In this document: positions 1-10,654 of the stretch, piece after piece
How the letters are laid out: each line of letters opens with the position of its first letter
Position numbering within the stretch: position 1 is the first letter of the stretch
From: Planctomycetota bacterium
Lineage (GTDB): Bacteria; Planctomycetota; B15-G4
Length of the DNA: 64,000 bases
Assembly: GCA_965248575.1 (NCBI GenBank)
Contig: CBDFJQ010000002.1
Span: forward strand, 992,001-1,056,000
Direction: 5' to 3'
Notes under the pieces: model-generated
Told to the model about the DNA's origin: nothing
Databases searched by the model: none
The model's input: the letters and a program-made list of their open reading frames with translations, nothing else
Position numbers and translations under genes: made by a program

Positions 1-642
1 ACGGCCACGCAAATGCTTGAGAGCATGATCGATCGCCCTTCGGCAACCCGGGCCGAGGTCTCGGACGTGGCCAACGCAGTCCTGGAGGGAACCGACGCCC
101 TCATGCTGTCGGGCGAAACGGCGGTGGGCAAGCACCCCATCGCGGCCGTGAAGACCCTGGTCAACGTGGCGGTCGAAGCCGAGCAGGACCCGGGCAACAT
201 CATCGAGTGGTTCGGGAACGATTTCCTCATCGAGGACCCAGCTCAAGCCGTCACTCGCGCCGCCCGCTTGGCAGCGCGTGCGGTGGGGGCCCGGGCCATC
301 CTGGGCTTCTCGAACTCCGGCCGCACTCTACGACTGATCTCCAGCCAGCGACCGCGCCGCCCCGTCTATGGCTTCAGTCACGATGAAGGCACCATCCGCC
401 GCATGAAGTTCTTCTGGGGCGTCGTCCCGCTCAAGATCAAGCGCGCCAAGACCGTCGAGGCCATGATCGCCGATGCGGAGCGCCTGCTTTTGAGGGAGAA
501 GCGCGTCCGCAAGGGAGACCAGCTCGTCATCGTCTGCGGACAGCAGGTCCACACGGGTGCCACCAACTCGCTGCACATCCACACGGTGGGTCAGGCCCCC
601 AAGCGCGCCAAGAAGATCGCCAAGAAGACTAGGGCACGCTGA
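1..642 (+). CDS. pyk: Pyruvate kinase, C-terminal part (5' truncated by window)
   Basis: Frame open from base 1: [40 protein letters not shown], the pyruvate kinase signature. Confidence 0.97.
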   Translation, partial: TATQMLESMIDRPSATRAEVSDVANAVLEGTDALMLSGETAVGKHPIAAVKTLVNVAVEAEQDPGNIIEWFGNDFLIEDPAQAVTRAARLAARAVGARAILGFSNSGRTLRLISSQRPRRPVYGFSHDEGTIRRMKFFWGVVPLKIKRAKTVEAMIADAERLLLREKRVRKGDQLVIVCGQQVHTGATNSLHIHTVGQAPKRAKKIAKKTRAR

Positions 643-669
643 GAGCAGCGAGCTTCGAGCAGCAGACCC

Positions 670-1764
670 TCAGGACTCAGGCGAAGAGAAGTAGCGGGCC
701 AGCTCCAGGCCCTGGTTCTGGTATGCCGAATTGCGCCCGCCGTACAGGACGGCGCAGGGCTCGAGCGTCTCCGAGAACTGCAGCCTGAAGATGGGCTGGC
801 CGTGCATGACACGGAAGGGCACGTCGTGCGGCCGCACCTCCAACACCGCCCGCGCGCCGTCGGGGCTGGCTTCGCCCCAGCCAAAGCCGGGGTCGAAGAA
901 GCCCGCATAGTTGGTGCGCAACTCACCCATGCCCACATCCCAAGCCAGCATCTCGGCGGCCAGATCAGGTGGCACCCGCAAGCGCTCCGACGACGCGAGG
1001 ATATAGAAGGCTTCGGGCTCCAGGATCAGATGCCCGTGGGCGTCGGCATGCAGTGCCTCGAAGAACAGATGGGGGTCATGGACCGCGCCCTGACGGAGAT
1101 CCAAGAGCGGAGCGTCCGAGCGCGCTTTCCAGCCGATGGGATCCCCGGGAACTTCCGGGCGCAAAGACAACCCGAGCAGGAGCGAGGCTTCTTCCACGGT
1201 GCACTCCGTCGCTCCCACGATCAGGTCCTGCTCACGCACCCGCGCCTTCAACTGCTCGTCCGCAAGGCGCGGATCACCACGTACGAAACGCGTCTGGTTC
1301 AGGCGTTGCCCCGTCCTGACGGCAACGTCAAACGAACGGGGAACCACCTCCAACCACACGGGCCCTGTGTAGCCGGCGGGGATGTCGTCGAAGCGGTCAT
1401 GGTTGTCGACGACCGCCCGGGTGAACACATCGATGCGTCCGGTGGACGAGCGCGGGTTGGCCCGGGCCCGAAGGTCCTGGGGCAGCGCCAGATCCTCCAG
1501 CAGGCGCACGAGGTAGACCCGGCCGCGCTCCAGCACCGCGCCCTCCCGCAGGGAGATGCGCTGCTCCACGAGATCCGAGACCTGGCTCTCCACGTCGCCA
1601 CCCGTGGGCAGGAATCCCGAGCGGATGGCGAGGGCCTCCTCACCCAGACGCAAGTCCAGGGTGGTGGGCTGGCGCTGGATGGCGTCGAGGGGCTGGCGCG
1701 GTCGGATGGCTCCCGAGGCCAGCAGGCCGTCGATCTGGGCCAGGGTGAGGATTCCGTCAGTCAC
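670..1764 (-). CDS. dcd: dCTP deaminase, long (~364 aa) two-domain type
   Basis: QPTTLDLRLG, ANPRSSTGRIDVFTR, NYAGFFDPGFG and LEVRPHDVPF motifs. GTG start chosen at 1764; the upstream part of ORF 670..2256 is antisense to sucC. Confidence 0.88.
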   Translation of the reverse strand: MTDGILTLAQIDGLLASGAIRPRQPLDAIQRQPTTLDLRLGEEALAIRSGFLPTGGDVESQVSDLVEQRISLREGAVLERGRVYLVRLLEDLALPQDLRARANPRSSTGRIDVFTRAVVDNHDRFDDIPAGYTGPVWLEVVPRSFDVAVRTGQRLNQTRFVRGDPRLADEQLKARVREQDLIVGATECTVEEASLLLGLSLRPEVPGDPIGWKARSDAPLLDLRQGAVHDPHLFFEALHADAHGHLILEPEAFYILASSERLRVPPDLAAEMLAWDVGMGELRTNYAGFFDPGFGWGEASPDGARAVLEVRPHDVPFRVMHGQPIFRLQFSETLEPCAVLYGGRNSAYQNQGLELARYFSSPES

Positions 1765-1902
1765 GGCTCGATGTTCGCGGGGCAGGGTCGAAAGGGGCTC
1801 GAGAGGGGAGTTTGGAGCCCAGCGATGCGTGGTTCCAGAGCTTGGACGGCTGAATTGCGACGGCGTCACAGGAAGAGTTCCGAAAGCTCTTCCAGGGTTG
1901 CC

Positions 1903-1931
1903 TTGACCCCGTGCAAGGCGACCAGTAAACC
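1903..1931 (+). promoter_or_regulatory. Putative sigma70-type promoter for sucCD, possibly leaderless
   Basis: TTGACC(1903-1908)-N17-TAAACC(1926-1931), 7 nt before ATG 1939; no Shine-Dalgarno. Confidence 0.45.
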
Positions 1932-1938
1932 GCTCCGG

Positions 1939-3108
1939 ATGAAAATCCACGAATACCAAGCCAAACAGCTCTTCCGCGAAGCCGGGATCCCGGTCCCCGC
2001 GGGCGTTGTGGCATCCGAGCCCAGCGGCATCGCCGCCGGCTTCGAGCAGCTGGGGGAACCCCTCGCTGTCGTCAAAGCGCAGATCCATGCAGGCGGCCGC
2101 GGCAAGGGGGGTGGCGTCAAGCTCGTCCGCTCGGCCGAGGAAGCCAGCGCAGCGGCAACGGCCATCCTCGCCAAGCCGCTGATCACGCCCCAGACGAGCG
2201 CTGCCGGGCAGCCGGTGAAGACCTTGCTGATCGAAGCGGGCTCTGACATCGACCACGAGTACTACCTCGGCATCACCCTCGACCGCAGCTCCGGCCGCCC
2301 CGTGCTGATGGCCAGCACCGAAGGTGGCATGGACATCGAGACGGTGGCCGCCGAGACGCCCGAGAAGATTCTGAAGGTGAGCATCAACCCGGATTGCGGC
2401 CTCCGCCCGTGGCAGGCGCGCACCATCGCCTACGGCCTCGGCCTCCCGGCTGAGTGCATCAAGGAAGCCTGCTCCATCTTCCAGAAGCTGTCCGCCATGT
2501 TCCTGGCGAAGGACGCCTCGCTGGTGGAGATCAACCCGCTGGTGACCACCAAGGACGGCGCGGTCATTGCCCTGGACGGCAAGATCAACTTCGACAGCAA
2601 CGCCCTGTACCGTCAGCCCGAAGTGGTGGCCATGCGGGACATCGACGAAGAAGACCCACGCGAAGCCGAAGCGGCTGCGGTGGGCCTGGCCTACATCGCC
2701 CTCGAAGGCAGCATCGGCTGCCTCGTGAACGGTGCGGGACTGGCCATGGGCACCATGGACACGATCCAGGCGGCAGGCGGAAGCCCAGCCAACTTCCTGG
2801 ACGTGGGTGGAGGCGCGACCGCCGAACAGGTTTCGTCCGCGTTCAAGATCATCCTCAGCGACCCGAACGTGCGCGCCATCCTGGTGAACATCTTCGGGGG
2901 CATCATGAAGTGCGACGTCATCGCCGAGGGCATCATCGCTGCTGCCAGCGAGACCAAACTCTCCATCCCACTCATCGTGCGCCTCGAGGGCACCAACGTG
3001 GAACGGGGCCGCGAGCTCCTGGAGACATCCGGCCTCGACATCATCACGGCCAGTGATCTTGCCGACGCGGCCGCCAAGGCTGTGGAAGCAACAGGAGCAC
3101 CCGCATGA
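1939..3108 (+). CDS. sucC: Succinyl-CoA synthetase beta subunit
   Basis: MKIHEYQAK start; [45 protein letters not shown]. Confidence 0.98.
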   Translation: MKIHEYQAKQLFREAGIPVPAGVVASEPSGIAAGFEQLGEPLAVVKAQIHAGGRGKGGGVKLVRSAEEASAAATAILAKPLITPQTSAAGQPVKTLLIEAGSDIDHEYYLGITLDRSSGRPVLMASTEGGMDIETVAAETPEKILKVSINPDCGLRPWQARTIAYGLGLPAECIKEACSIFQKLSAMFLAKDASLVEINPLVTTKDGAVIALDGKINFDSNALYRQPEVVAMRDIDEEDPREAEAAAVGLAYIALEGSIGCLVNGAGLAMGTMDTIQAAGGSPANFLDVGGGATAEQVSSAFKIILSDPNVRAILVNIFGGIMKCDVIAEGIIAAASETKLSIPLIVRLEGTNVERGRELLETSGLDIITASDLADAAAKAVEATGAPA

Positions 3109-4004
3109 GCATCCTCGTCGACAAGGACACGCGCGTCGTCACCCAGGGGCTGACCGGCAAGACCGGCATGTTCCACACCAAGCAGGCCATTGAGTACGGC
3201 ACCCGCATGGTGGGGGGAGTCACCCCAGGCAAGGGTGGGAGCACCGTCCTCGGCGTTCCGATCTTCGACACGGTGCGCGAGGCCGTCGCCGAAACGGGCG
3301 CCAATGCTTCCACGATCTACGTGCCACCGCCCTTCGCGGCGGATGCGATCCTGGAGGCAGCGGGAGCCGGCGTCCCCCTCATCGTCTGCATCACCGAGGG
3401 CATCCCCGTCACCGACATGATGCGTGTGACGTCCGAGCTGCGGGGCACTGACATCCGCCTCGTGGGGCCCAACTGCCCCGGCGTGATCACGCCTGGTGAG
3501 TGCAAGATCGGCATCATGCCGGGCTACATCCACCGGCCTGGTCGCATCGGCGTCCTGAGCCGCAGCGGAACGCTCACCTACGAGGCCGTGTGGCAGCTCA
3601 GCACCCTCGGCCTTGGCCAGAGCACCTGCGTGGGCATCGGTGGCGACCCCGTGAATGGCACCAACTTCATCGACGTCCTGTCGGCCTTCCAGGCGGACCC
3701 GGGCACGGATGCGGTGGTGATGATCGGTGAGATCGGCGGCACTGCCGAAGAAGAAGCTGCCGAGTACATCCGCGACCACATGACCAAGCCCGTGGCTGGG
3801 TTCATCGCGGGCTCCACCGCCCCCCCCGGCAAGCGCATGGGCCACGCAGGCGCCATCATCTCCGGTGGGTCGGGCAGCGCTGCTGACAAGATCGCAGCCC
3901 TGACCGAGGTGGGCGTCACCATGGCAGACACACCAGCCGGCCTGGGCGCCGCCATGGCGCTCGCCCTTGAGGAAGCGGGCATCTTGTCCCGCTCACGGGA
4001 GTAA
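3105..4004 (+). CDS. sucD: Succinyl-CoA synthetase alpha subunit
   Basis: [23 protein letters not shown] (phospho-His); ATGA overlap with sucC. Confidence 0.98.
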   Translation: MSILVDKDTRVVTQGLTGKTGMFHTKQAIEYGTRMVGGVTPGKGGSTVLGVPIFDTVREAVAETGANASTIYVPPPFAADAILEAAGAGVPLIVCITEGIPVTDMMRVTSELRGTDIRLVGPNCPGVITPGECKIGIMPGYIHRPGRIGVLSRSGTLTYEAVWQLSTLGLGQSTCVGIGGDPVNGTNFIDVLSAFQADPGTDAVVMIGEIGGTAEEEAAEYIRDHMTKPVAGFIAGSTAPPGKRMGHAGAIISGGSGSAADKIAALTEVGVTMADTPAGLGAAMALALEEAGILSRSRE

Positions 4005-4139
4005 GCCCCCTCAGCAGCTCGTGAGCCCCCGTGGGCGCATCACCCGGCACGCACGGCGAGCGGTTTGCCTGGCGTCTGCGGGTGCTTCCGCGCGGGGGAG
4101 AGCCTATACTGGCGGGATCGAACGAGCGGAGAATGAGAC

Positions 4140-4376
4140 GTGATCGATGGCAGTCCCAGTGCGCTGGCCGTGGGCATCCCGGGCGGCATCGAATGGGTCA
4201 TCATCCTGCTGGTGGTGCTGATCTTCTTCGGCAACCGGATCCCGGGCATGGCCCGCTCCCTCGGCTCGGGGATCAACGAGTTCAAGTCGGGTCTCAAGGA
4301 AGGCCAGAAGGACGCAGCCGCCGAGTCGGATGACGGCGCAGCTTCCGAGAAGAGTGCCGACAAAGAGGGTTCGTGA
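4140..4376 (+). CDS. tatA: Twin-arginine translocase TatA/TatE subunit
   Basis: Transmembrane helix ending in FFG, amphipathic helix IPGMARSLGSGINEFKSGL, acidic tail. Confidence 0.92.
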   Translation: MIDGSPSALAVGIPGGIEWVIILLVVLIFFGNRIPGMARSLGSGINEFKSGLKEGQKDAAAESDDGAASEKSADKEGS

Positions 4377-5026
4377 ACCTCCATACCGTGCCGCAACTCT
4401 CGGTGCTCGTCTTGGCGGGTGGCGATGCCAGTCGCCTGGGCGGCCAGAAGGCTGAACGCCCCTTTGCAGGGGGGCGGTTGGTGGACACGGTGCTGGCTGT
4501 CGCCCAGAGCGTTTCAACGGACGTGCTGCTCCTCAGCAGAGACCGGACGTTGCCCGCCGAGCGCACCCGCAGGATTCCGGATGAGCCCGGACTGAGAGGC
4601 CCCTTGGCTGGCTTGGCTGCTGGCCTGAGGGCGGCACGCCACGAGTGGTCGCTGCTCCTACCGTGCGATCAACCCTTCGCACAGGAATCGGTCATCGAGC
4701 GCCTCCGGCAAGCAGCGGCCAACGAGCCGTGGGCCCGTTGCATCGCTTTTCAGACACGTGCCCTTCAGACGGGTCCCATGGTGCAGCCCTTCCACGCCCT
4801 CTACCACCGGGAGCTACTCGACCAGGTCCTGGAGACGGGGGTCTCACAACGGCCCTCGCTGCGCTCCCTCCTGGAACAGGTTGATGGGTCGGGCAGGCTC
4901 TGCCAGGTCCGCACCGACACCCTCGGCGACCACGCCGACGAACGCTTCCTGCACGATGTGAACACACCCGCCGAGTACGAGAAGTTGCATCGTGTTGCCG
5001 GGCCCCAAGACATCTCCATTCCATGA
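4373..5026 (+). CDS. mobA: Molybdenum cofactor guanylyltransferase-like NTP transferase
   Basis: LAGGDASRLGGQKA, GPLAGL, PCDQPF, PFHALY, DVNTP. Confidence 0.85.
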   Translation: MNLHTVPQLSVLVLAGGDASRLGGQKAERPFAGGRLVDTVLAVAQSVSTDVLLLSRDRTLPAERTRRIPDEPGLRGPLAGLAAGLRAARHEWSLLLPCDQPFAQESVIERLRQAAANEPWARCIAFQTRALQTGPMVQPFHALYHRELLDQVLETGVSQRPSLRSLLEQVDGSGRLCQVRTDTLGDHADERFLHDVNTPAEYEKLHRVAGPQDISIP

Positions 5027-5121
5027 TCTTCACGGACTGACGACTTCGGGCCCACACGACGCGCCTCCCGCGTCGTGCCTCGTGGCCCATCACCTGCGAG
5101 ACAGAGACGAGAATCGCCTCG

Positions 5122-6105
5122 ATGAGCCTACTCAACAAAGACATCATGGAGCCCGTCCGGGCCGGCTTGGCCGAAACGGACCGCATCCTGCGCGAAGAAC
5201 TGCTCATCGATGAGAGCGAAGCGGTCTCCCCGTTGATGGACCACATCGGTCAGTTCTCGGGCAAACGCCTGAGGCCGGCCATCGTGCACCTCTGCGGTGG
5301 GCTCGTGGGTAGCAAGGACCATGACCTCGCCATCGTCGGGGCCATGCTCGAGGCCCTGCACATGGCCACCTTGCTGCACGACGATGTGCTCGACGGCGCC
5401 GACAAGCGGCGACAGGTCCCCACGCTGAACGCCGAACACGGCAACGGCGTGCCGATCCTGCTGGGCGACCTGATCTACGCCCGGACCTTCGACATCTCCT
5501 TGCGCCTGCCGTCGCTGGATGCGGCCTTCGAGATCTCGCACATGACGCAGGCCATGTGCCGCGGCGAGATCGAGCAGGGCTTCTTCCAGTTCGATGGGAC
5601 CCAGCCCGATGAGAGCCGCTACTTCCGGATCATCCAGGGCAAGACCGGCGCCATGTTCAAGGCGGCCTGCGAGCTGGGCGTCAAGTATGGCGGCGGCACC
5701 CAGACCCAGGCGCGCACCATGAAGCAGTTCGGTCTCGATGTGGGCACGGCATTTCAGATCATCGACGACTGCCTGGACGTGGTGGGGGACGAGACCGTGG
5801 CCGGCAAGTCGCTCGGCACCGACCTCGAGACGGGCAAGGTCACCCTTCCGATCATCCGCCTCGCCCAGAGCCTGGACGATGCGCGCCTGCTCGAACTGCA
5901 CCAGCTCCTGTGCGTGGACACGGAAAGCAATCGCCGCGAGCGGCTACGCAGCGAGTTCGACCTCGACAAGGCCGTGGTCCAGTGCCACGAGGAAGCCGAT
6001 GAGTACCTGCACAAGTGCCTGAAGCACCTCGCTACCTTCCCCGAAGGCGTCGAGCGCGAGAGCCTGAACGACATGTGCAGCTTCATCTTGGAGCGGTCCT
6101 ACTGA
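5122..6105 (+). CDS. Polyprenyl diphosphate synthase (IspB/HepT family)
   Basis: GKRLRP, first Asp-rich motif LLHDDVLD..RR, second motif FQIIDDCLD, GKTG. Confidence 0.93.
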   Translation: MSLLNKDIMEPVRAGLAETDRILREELLIDESEAVSPLMDHIGQFSGKRLRPAIVHLCGGLVGSKDHDLAIVGAMLEALHMATLLHDDVLDGADKRRQVPTLNAEHGNGVPILLGDLIYARTFDISLRLPSLDAAFEISHMTQAMCRGEIEQGFFQFDGTQPDESRYFRIIQGKTGAMFKAACELGVKYGGGTQTQARTMKQFGLDVGTAFQIIDDCLDVVGDETVAGKSLGTDLETGKVTLPIIRLAQSLDDARLLELHQLLCVDTESNRRERLRSEFDLDKAVVQCHEEADEYLHKCLKHLATFPEGVERESLNDMCSFILERSY

Positions 6106-6183
6106 GCGGCGTGTCTTCGTTCGACACGCGTTCTCTCGACACGACCACTCTGCCCACGACCCCAAGCTTCTTCCGAGGACAAC

Positions 6184-7065
6184 GTGGCCTTTCGCCCCAA
6201 CTGGTATGACCAACAGAACCGGCGCTCCAACCTGGGCCGCGCCATCGAGGATTGGTCCGCAATCCGACTGATCGCCACGCTCTGTGGCGTCGTCTTTCTG
6301 CTCCAGCTCGTCACCGCTTCCTGGGGGAGCGGCCATGTCATCGAGCAGATCTTCGGACTCCGCACCTGGACCATCAGCGACGGAGGCATCGAAGGCGGCA
6401 TCCTCCAGCCGCCCACTCTGGACTTCAACTTCCTGTTCCCGATCCAGCTCTTCAGCTACATGCTGTTGCACAGCGCCGGGGACATGTCGCACATCTTCTG
6501 GAACCTCGTGTTGCTCTGGATCTTCGGGCGAGAGCTCGAGGCCTCCATGGGCAAGCAGGCCTTCCTGCGGCTGTTCATCGTCGGCGGCGTCTTCGGTGGG
6601 CTCTGCCAATGGGGCTACAACCTCTACACCGGTGACCCGACGCTCACCATCGGCGCCTCCGGCGCGGTCTACACGGTGATGGTGCTCTACGCGTGTCGCT
6701 GGCCCCGGCGCACGATTTATCTCATCTTCCCGCCCATCCCCGTTCCGGCCGCGCTGCTCATCGGCCTGAAGGTCCTAGGCGATATCGGGGGCTTCTTCGG
6801 GGGTGCCGCCCAGGTGGCCTACCTGGTCCACCTGGGAGGCGCCGCTGTGGGCTATCTCTGGTTCCGCAAGGGCGACGTCGTTGGCCAGGTGCAGATGAAG
6901 CGCAGCCGCGATCGAGCCGAGAAGCAGGCCACGGAGAAGTCCACGGACCGGCGGGAAATGGATCGAATTCTAGGCAAGATCCAGGCGACCGGTCTCTCGT
7001 CTCTCGACAAGAAGGAGCGCAGCTTCCTGGACCAGCGCAGCCGCGAGCTGCGGGAAGAACGCTAG
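6184..7065 (+). CDS. Rhomboid intramembrane serine protease with small C-terminal helical domain
   Basis: HIFWN, GASG (catalytic Ser), HLGGA (catalytic His), several transmembrane helices; tail DRILGKIQATGLSSL. Confidence 0.9.
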   Translation: MAFRPNWYDQQNRRSNLGRAIEDWSAIRLIATLCGVVFLLQLVTASWGSGHVIEQIFGLRTWTISDGGIEGGILQPPTLDFNFLFPIQLFSYMLLHSAGDMSHIFWNLVLLWIFGRELEASMGKQAFLRLFIVGGVFGGLCQWGYNLYTGDPTLTIGASGAVYTVMVLYACRWPRRTIYLIFPPIPVPAALLIGLKVLGDIGGFFGGAAQVAYLVHLGGAAVGYLWFRKGDVVGQVQMKRSRDRAEKQATEKSTDRREMDRILGKIQATGLSSLDKKERSFLDQRSRELREER

Positions 7066-7161
7066 CCTCCCTTGATTCGGAGTTGCCCCTTCCCGCCAAG
7101 CGCGAGAAGATCGGTTCTTCCAACTGCCCCGCGGAGCGTCGCCATGGCGACCCATCAGCCC

Positions 7162-9297
7162 ATGAGTTCCCGCATCTACGCGCTGTGCCTGTGCCTGCTC
7201 ACGGCGGGCGCGCTGACCCCGGCAGGAGCAAGCTTCAGCCCGGGGCCGGTACCGGTTCAAGAGGAACAGCCCTACGACTTCAACATGCCGGACAACCTCA
7301 AGAGCTTCTGGGAGAGCTACACCGACGCCAAGGACGACGGCGACGCAGAAGACATGGACAAGGTCGTGCGTGGCAAACGCAGCCTGGCGGAGGAGTGCCT
7401 CGACCTCCTGCTGGACGACCTCTGCCAGAAGGAGATCCAGTCTCTCCATCACGAAGTCCGCACCCTGGCGTGGACCCTCGACGACGTCACGCGCAGTGAG
7501 CGCTACATCACCCGGGTGCGCCTCGTGCTCGACATGGAGATGCGGGATCGGGTGCGCCGCTACCGCGCCCGCCGGGATTGGTGGGATGCCATCGATCTGG
7601 AAGATCTCGCCAAGTCGAGCCGCACCTTCGAAGCCTGGGAGGCCGCCTTGCAGGGTTACCTCGCCGTCTACGAAGAGACCCTCGAGTTGGGCGACCTGGA
7701 GATGGCGCTCAACTGCCTCTCCCGCTGCGAACAAGTGGAGCGCCAGCGCGAACGACCGTGGGAGCGCTCACGCTACTTGGCAGAGGTTGTGAAGTTGGGT
7801 GACCAGTTGCCGTTCCGGGATGCCGTGGCCGCTGAAGCCAAGCAGGCACTGGACGCGCTGATCGGCATGGGTATCGACCCCGAGAAAGACAAGCCCGAGG
7901 ACCTAGCCAAGAAGGACTCCGAGGCACCCACCGGTGGCGGACGCGGGCTCGACTCCTTCGCGGAGGGCGCGCAGCCTGAGAACTTCAAACTGGAGCGCAA
8001 GTCCAACAAGAAGGGCATCGTCGGGGTCAAGCTGCCCACGGTCTGGCCCGCCGATCAGTACCAGCTGTGGCCCAAGACCTGGGTCAGCGGCAATGGCCCC
8101 GAAAAGTTCGACATGCAGCGTTCGACATTCCTCGCACCCTGGGGCCAGCAGTGGTACCTGGGGCGAAGCGGGATCTTCCAGTTCGAGCTCGACACGAACG
8201 GCGACGGCAAGCCCGACTTCGAGTTCGCACCCAGCACCTCGCCCTCCCTGGTCGAAGTGCCCGGACCCGAGGGCGAAGATCCCTACCCCATGATGGTCTG
8301 CGTGCTCAGCGACCAGGAGCAGATGTTCGGCGCCAAGATGAACTACGCGCCCAACGGCGACGGTTCTCGCCTGCGCTTCTGGCTGGCCTCTTGGATGCAG
8401 GGCAAGGTGCTCGGAGACACGTGGAAGGTCTACGACCTGAACATGGACGGTAAGTTCGGCCCCATCATCGAGAACTGGGGCGAGGTCATCACATCCTACG
8501 AGCCCGACGATGGGGCGGCGTTCTGGGAGCCTGACGGTGTCCTCATCGGCCGCGCGAAGAAGGCCGTGCCGCTGTCCAGCGTGATGCCCATCGGCAAGGA
8601 CTATTACCGCTGCTCACCCAACGACGCAGGCACCGAGTTCCGCCTGCAGAAGATGCACCTCTCCACCGGCACCGTGAAGCTGAACCTCGACATGGGGGTG
8701 CGGCCGGAGTTCATCCTCGCCAAGGAAGTGGGCGGCAAGCTGGACGGCGCCATCTTCGACATCCTGCCCAGCAAGAAGGGCGGGGAGGTCGTCCTGCCCG
8801 CCGGGGAGTATCGCCTGGCGCTGGGAAGCCTGCGGACGGGCAAGAAGACCAGCACCGACCTGGTGCGCATGTACACCGGCACGTCGGAGACCTTCAAGGT
8901 CCACGCCGGCGTCTTGACCGAAGTCGATCTCGGTGCGCCCTACAAGATCACATTCAAGACGCGCACTGAAGGCAAGGAGAAGGAGATCGACACGCGCACC
9001 CTGCGCGTCTTCGGGCGTGGCGGCGAAGAGTACGCCATGTTCTTCGACGACCCACTGCAACCCGACGTGTCCGTGCAGGACTCCGATGGCAGGAGCGTCG
9101 TCAAGGAGGAGACCATGCGCCGTGCCGGTTTGGAGCACTGGCAGAACAACAACCAGGACGGTGGCGTCGACAACGTACTCTGGTTCCCCGTGAAGTACTC
9201 CATTGAGATGCCCAAGGGCGCCTCCTACCAGTTCAAGCTCTCCCAGAAGAAGCACGCGTTGCTGGGTGGCCCCCTTGAGAGCGATTGGATCCAGTAG
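7162..9297 (+). CDS. Large secreted hypothetical protein (~711 aa)
   Basis: Long ORF with gene-like codon use; signal-peptide-like MSSRIYALCLCLLTAGALTPAGA; DxNxDG loops. Start could be 7144. Confidence 0.8.
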   Translation: MSSRIYALCLCLLTAGALTPAGASFSPGPVPVQEEQPYDFNMPDNLKSFWESYTDAKDDGDAEDMDKVVRGKRSLAEECLDLLLDDLCQKEIQSLHHEVRTLAWTLDDVTRSERYITRVRLVLDMEMRDRVRRYRARRDWWDAIDLEDLAKSSRTFEAWEAALQGYLAVYEETLELGDLEMALNCLSRCEQVERQRERPWERSRYLAEVVKLGDQLPFRDAVAAEAKQALDALIGMGIDPEKDKPEDLAKKDSEAPTGGGRGLDSFAEGAQPENFKLERKSNKKGIVGVKLPTVWPADQYQLWPKTWVSGNGPEKFDMQRSTFLAPWGQQWYLGRSGIFQFELDTNGDGKPDFEFAPSTSPSLVEVPGPEGEDPYPMMVCVLSDQEQMFGAKMNYAPNGDGSRLRFWLASWMQGKVLGDTWKVYDLNMDGKFGPIIENWGEVITSYEPDDGAAFWEPDGVLIGRAKKAVPLSSVMPIGKDYYRCSPNDAGTEFRLQKMHLSTGTVKLNLDMGVRPEFILAKEVGGKLDGAIFDILPSKKGGEVVLPAGEYRLALGSLRTGKKTSTDLVRMYTGTSETFKVHAGVLTEVDLGAPYKITFKTRTEGKEKEIDTRTLRVFGRGGEEYAMFFDDPLQPDVSVQDSDGRSVVKEETMRRAGLEHWQNNNQDGGVDNVLWFPVKYSIEMPKGASYQFKLSQKKHALLGGPLESDWIQ

Positions 9298-9301
9298 CAC
9301 C

Positions 9302-10576
9302 ATGCTCGACATCAATGTCATTCGAGAGAACCTCGAGGCGCTCCGAGCGGGCGCAGCCAAGAAGCACGTCGAGGTGGATCTCGATCGCCTGGTGGAGCTG
9401 GACGACGAGCGTCGCCGCCTGATCCGCCTGGCCGAGGATGGCGTCGCAGAACAGCGTCGCCGCAGCAAGGCGCTGGGCAAGCTCTCCCCGGAGGAGCGGC
9501 AGACCGAGGTCGCCGCGCTGGGCCAGCTCAAGGAGACGATCAAGCGCGAGGAGGAATCTCTCGCTATCGTCCAGGCCGACTTCGACAGCCTGATGCTGCG
9601 CGTGCCCAACTTCCCGGCAGCGGACGTCCCGGAGGGCAAGGACGACAAGGACAACGTCGAGATCTACAAGGTGGGGGAGATCCCCGCGACCGAGTTTGAG
9701 CGCAAGGACCACGTCGAACTCGGCACCAGCCTCGGAATCCTCGACATCGAACGAGGCGTGCGCCTGTCCGGTGCGCGCTTCTACGTGCTCAAGGGTGCGG
9801 GAGCGCTGCTGCATCGGGCCGTGCTGGAGTTCGCCTATCAGCACATGATCCGCAAGGGCTTCGAGCCGCTGGAAGTGCCGCTGCTCGTGCGCGACCCGGC
9901 CATGGTGGGCACCGCCTACTACCCGGGTGGCGAGGACCAGGCGTACCGCTTCGACAAGGACCAGCTGACGCTCGTGGGAACGGCCGAGGTCCCGCTCACC
10001 GCCTATCGCTCGGGCGAGTTCCTACAGCTGGACGAGCTTCCACTGCGCATGGTGGCTCGCTCACCGTGTTTCCGTCGGGAGGCTGGCGCCGCCGGCAAGG
10101 ACACTCGCGGCCTCTACCGCATCCACCAGTTCGAGAAGGTGGAGCAGGTGGTCATCATGAAGAATGACGAAGAGGCCTCGATCGTCGAGCACAAGGCCAT
10201 CCTGCAGAACTCGGAGGAGGTCATGCAGGCCCTGGGGCTCCCGTACCGCGTCGTCAATGTGTGCGGCGGGGACCTCGGTGTGCCCCACGTCCAGAAGTTC
10301 GACATCGAGACCTGGATGCCGTCCCGGGGCGACTACGGCGAAACACATTCGGCGTCGCGCTTCCACGACTTCCAGTCCCGGCGGCTCAACATCCGCTACA
10401 AGGACGAGAACAAGAAGAAGCACTTCTGCCATACCCTCAACAACACGGTCATCGCCAGCCCCCGCGCGCTGATTCCGATTCTCGAGCTCTACCAGCAGAA
10501 GGACGGAAGCGTGGTGATCCCCGAAGTGCTGCGCCCGTTCATGATGGGCATCGAGGTCATCGAGCCAAAGGCCTAG
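9302..10576 (+). CDS. serS: Seryl-tRNA synthetase
   Basis: MLDINVIRE start; GTAEVPL, FRREAG..RIHQFEKVEQ, HTLNNT. Confidence 0.98.
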   Translation: MLDINVIRENLEALRAGAAKKHVEVDLDRLVELDDERRRLIRLAEDGVAEQRRRSKALGKLSPEERQTEVAALGQLKETIKREEESLAIVQADFDSLMLRVPNFPAADVPEGKDDKDNVEIYKVGEIPATEFERKDHVELGTSLGILDIERGVRLSGARFYVLKGAGALLHRAVLEFAYQHMIRKGFEPLEVPLLVRDPAMVGTAYYPGGEDQAYRFDKDQLTLVGTAEVPLTAYRSGEFLQLDELPLRMVARSPCFRREAGAAGKDTRGLYRIHQFEKVEQVVIMKNDEEASIVEHKAILQNSEEVMQALGLPYRVVNVCGGDLGVPHVQKFDIETWMPSRGDYGETHSASRFHDFQSRRLNIRYKDENKKKHFCHTLNNTVIASPRALIPILELYQQKDGSVVIPEVLRPFMMGIEVIEPKA

Positions 10577-10654
10577 GGCGCTGCGGGTCGTCGTAGCCTT
10601 GGGACGCCTGAGCTGGCGGGGTGCGCGAGAGGTACGCCGAGCTGGCCCGGGGGC

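Noticed and set aside
802..1938. Apparent 379-aa N-terminal extension of SucC (ORF 802..3108)
   Set aside because: It is the antisense shadow of dcd; the canonical MKIHEYQAK start is at 1939
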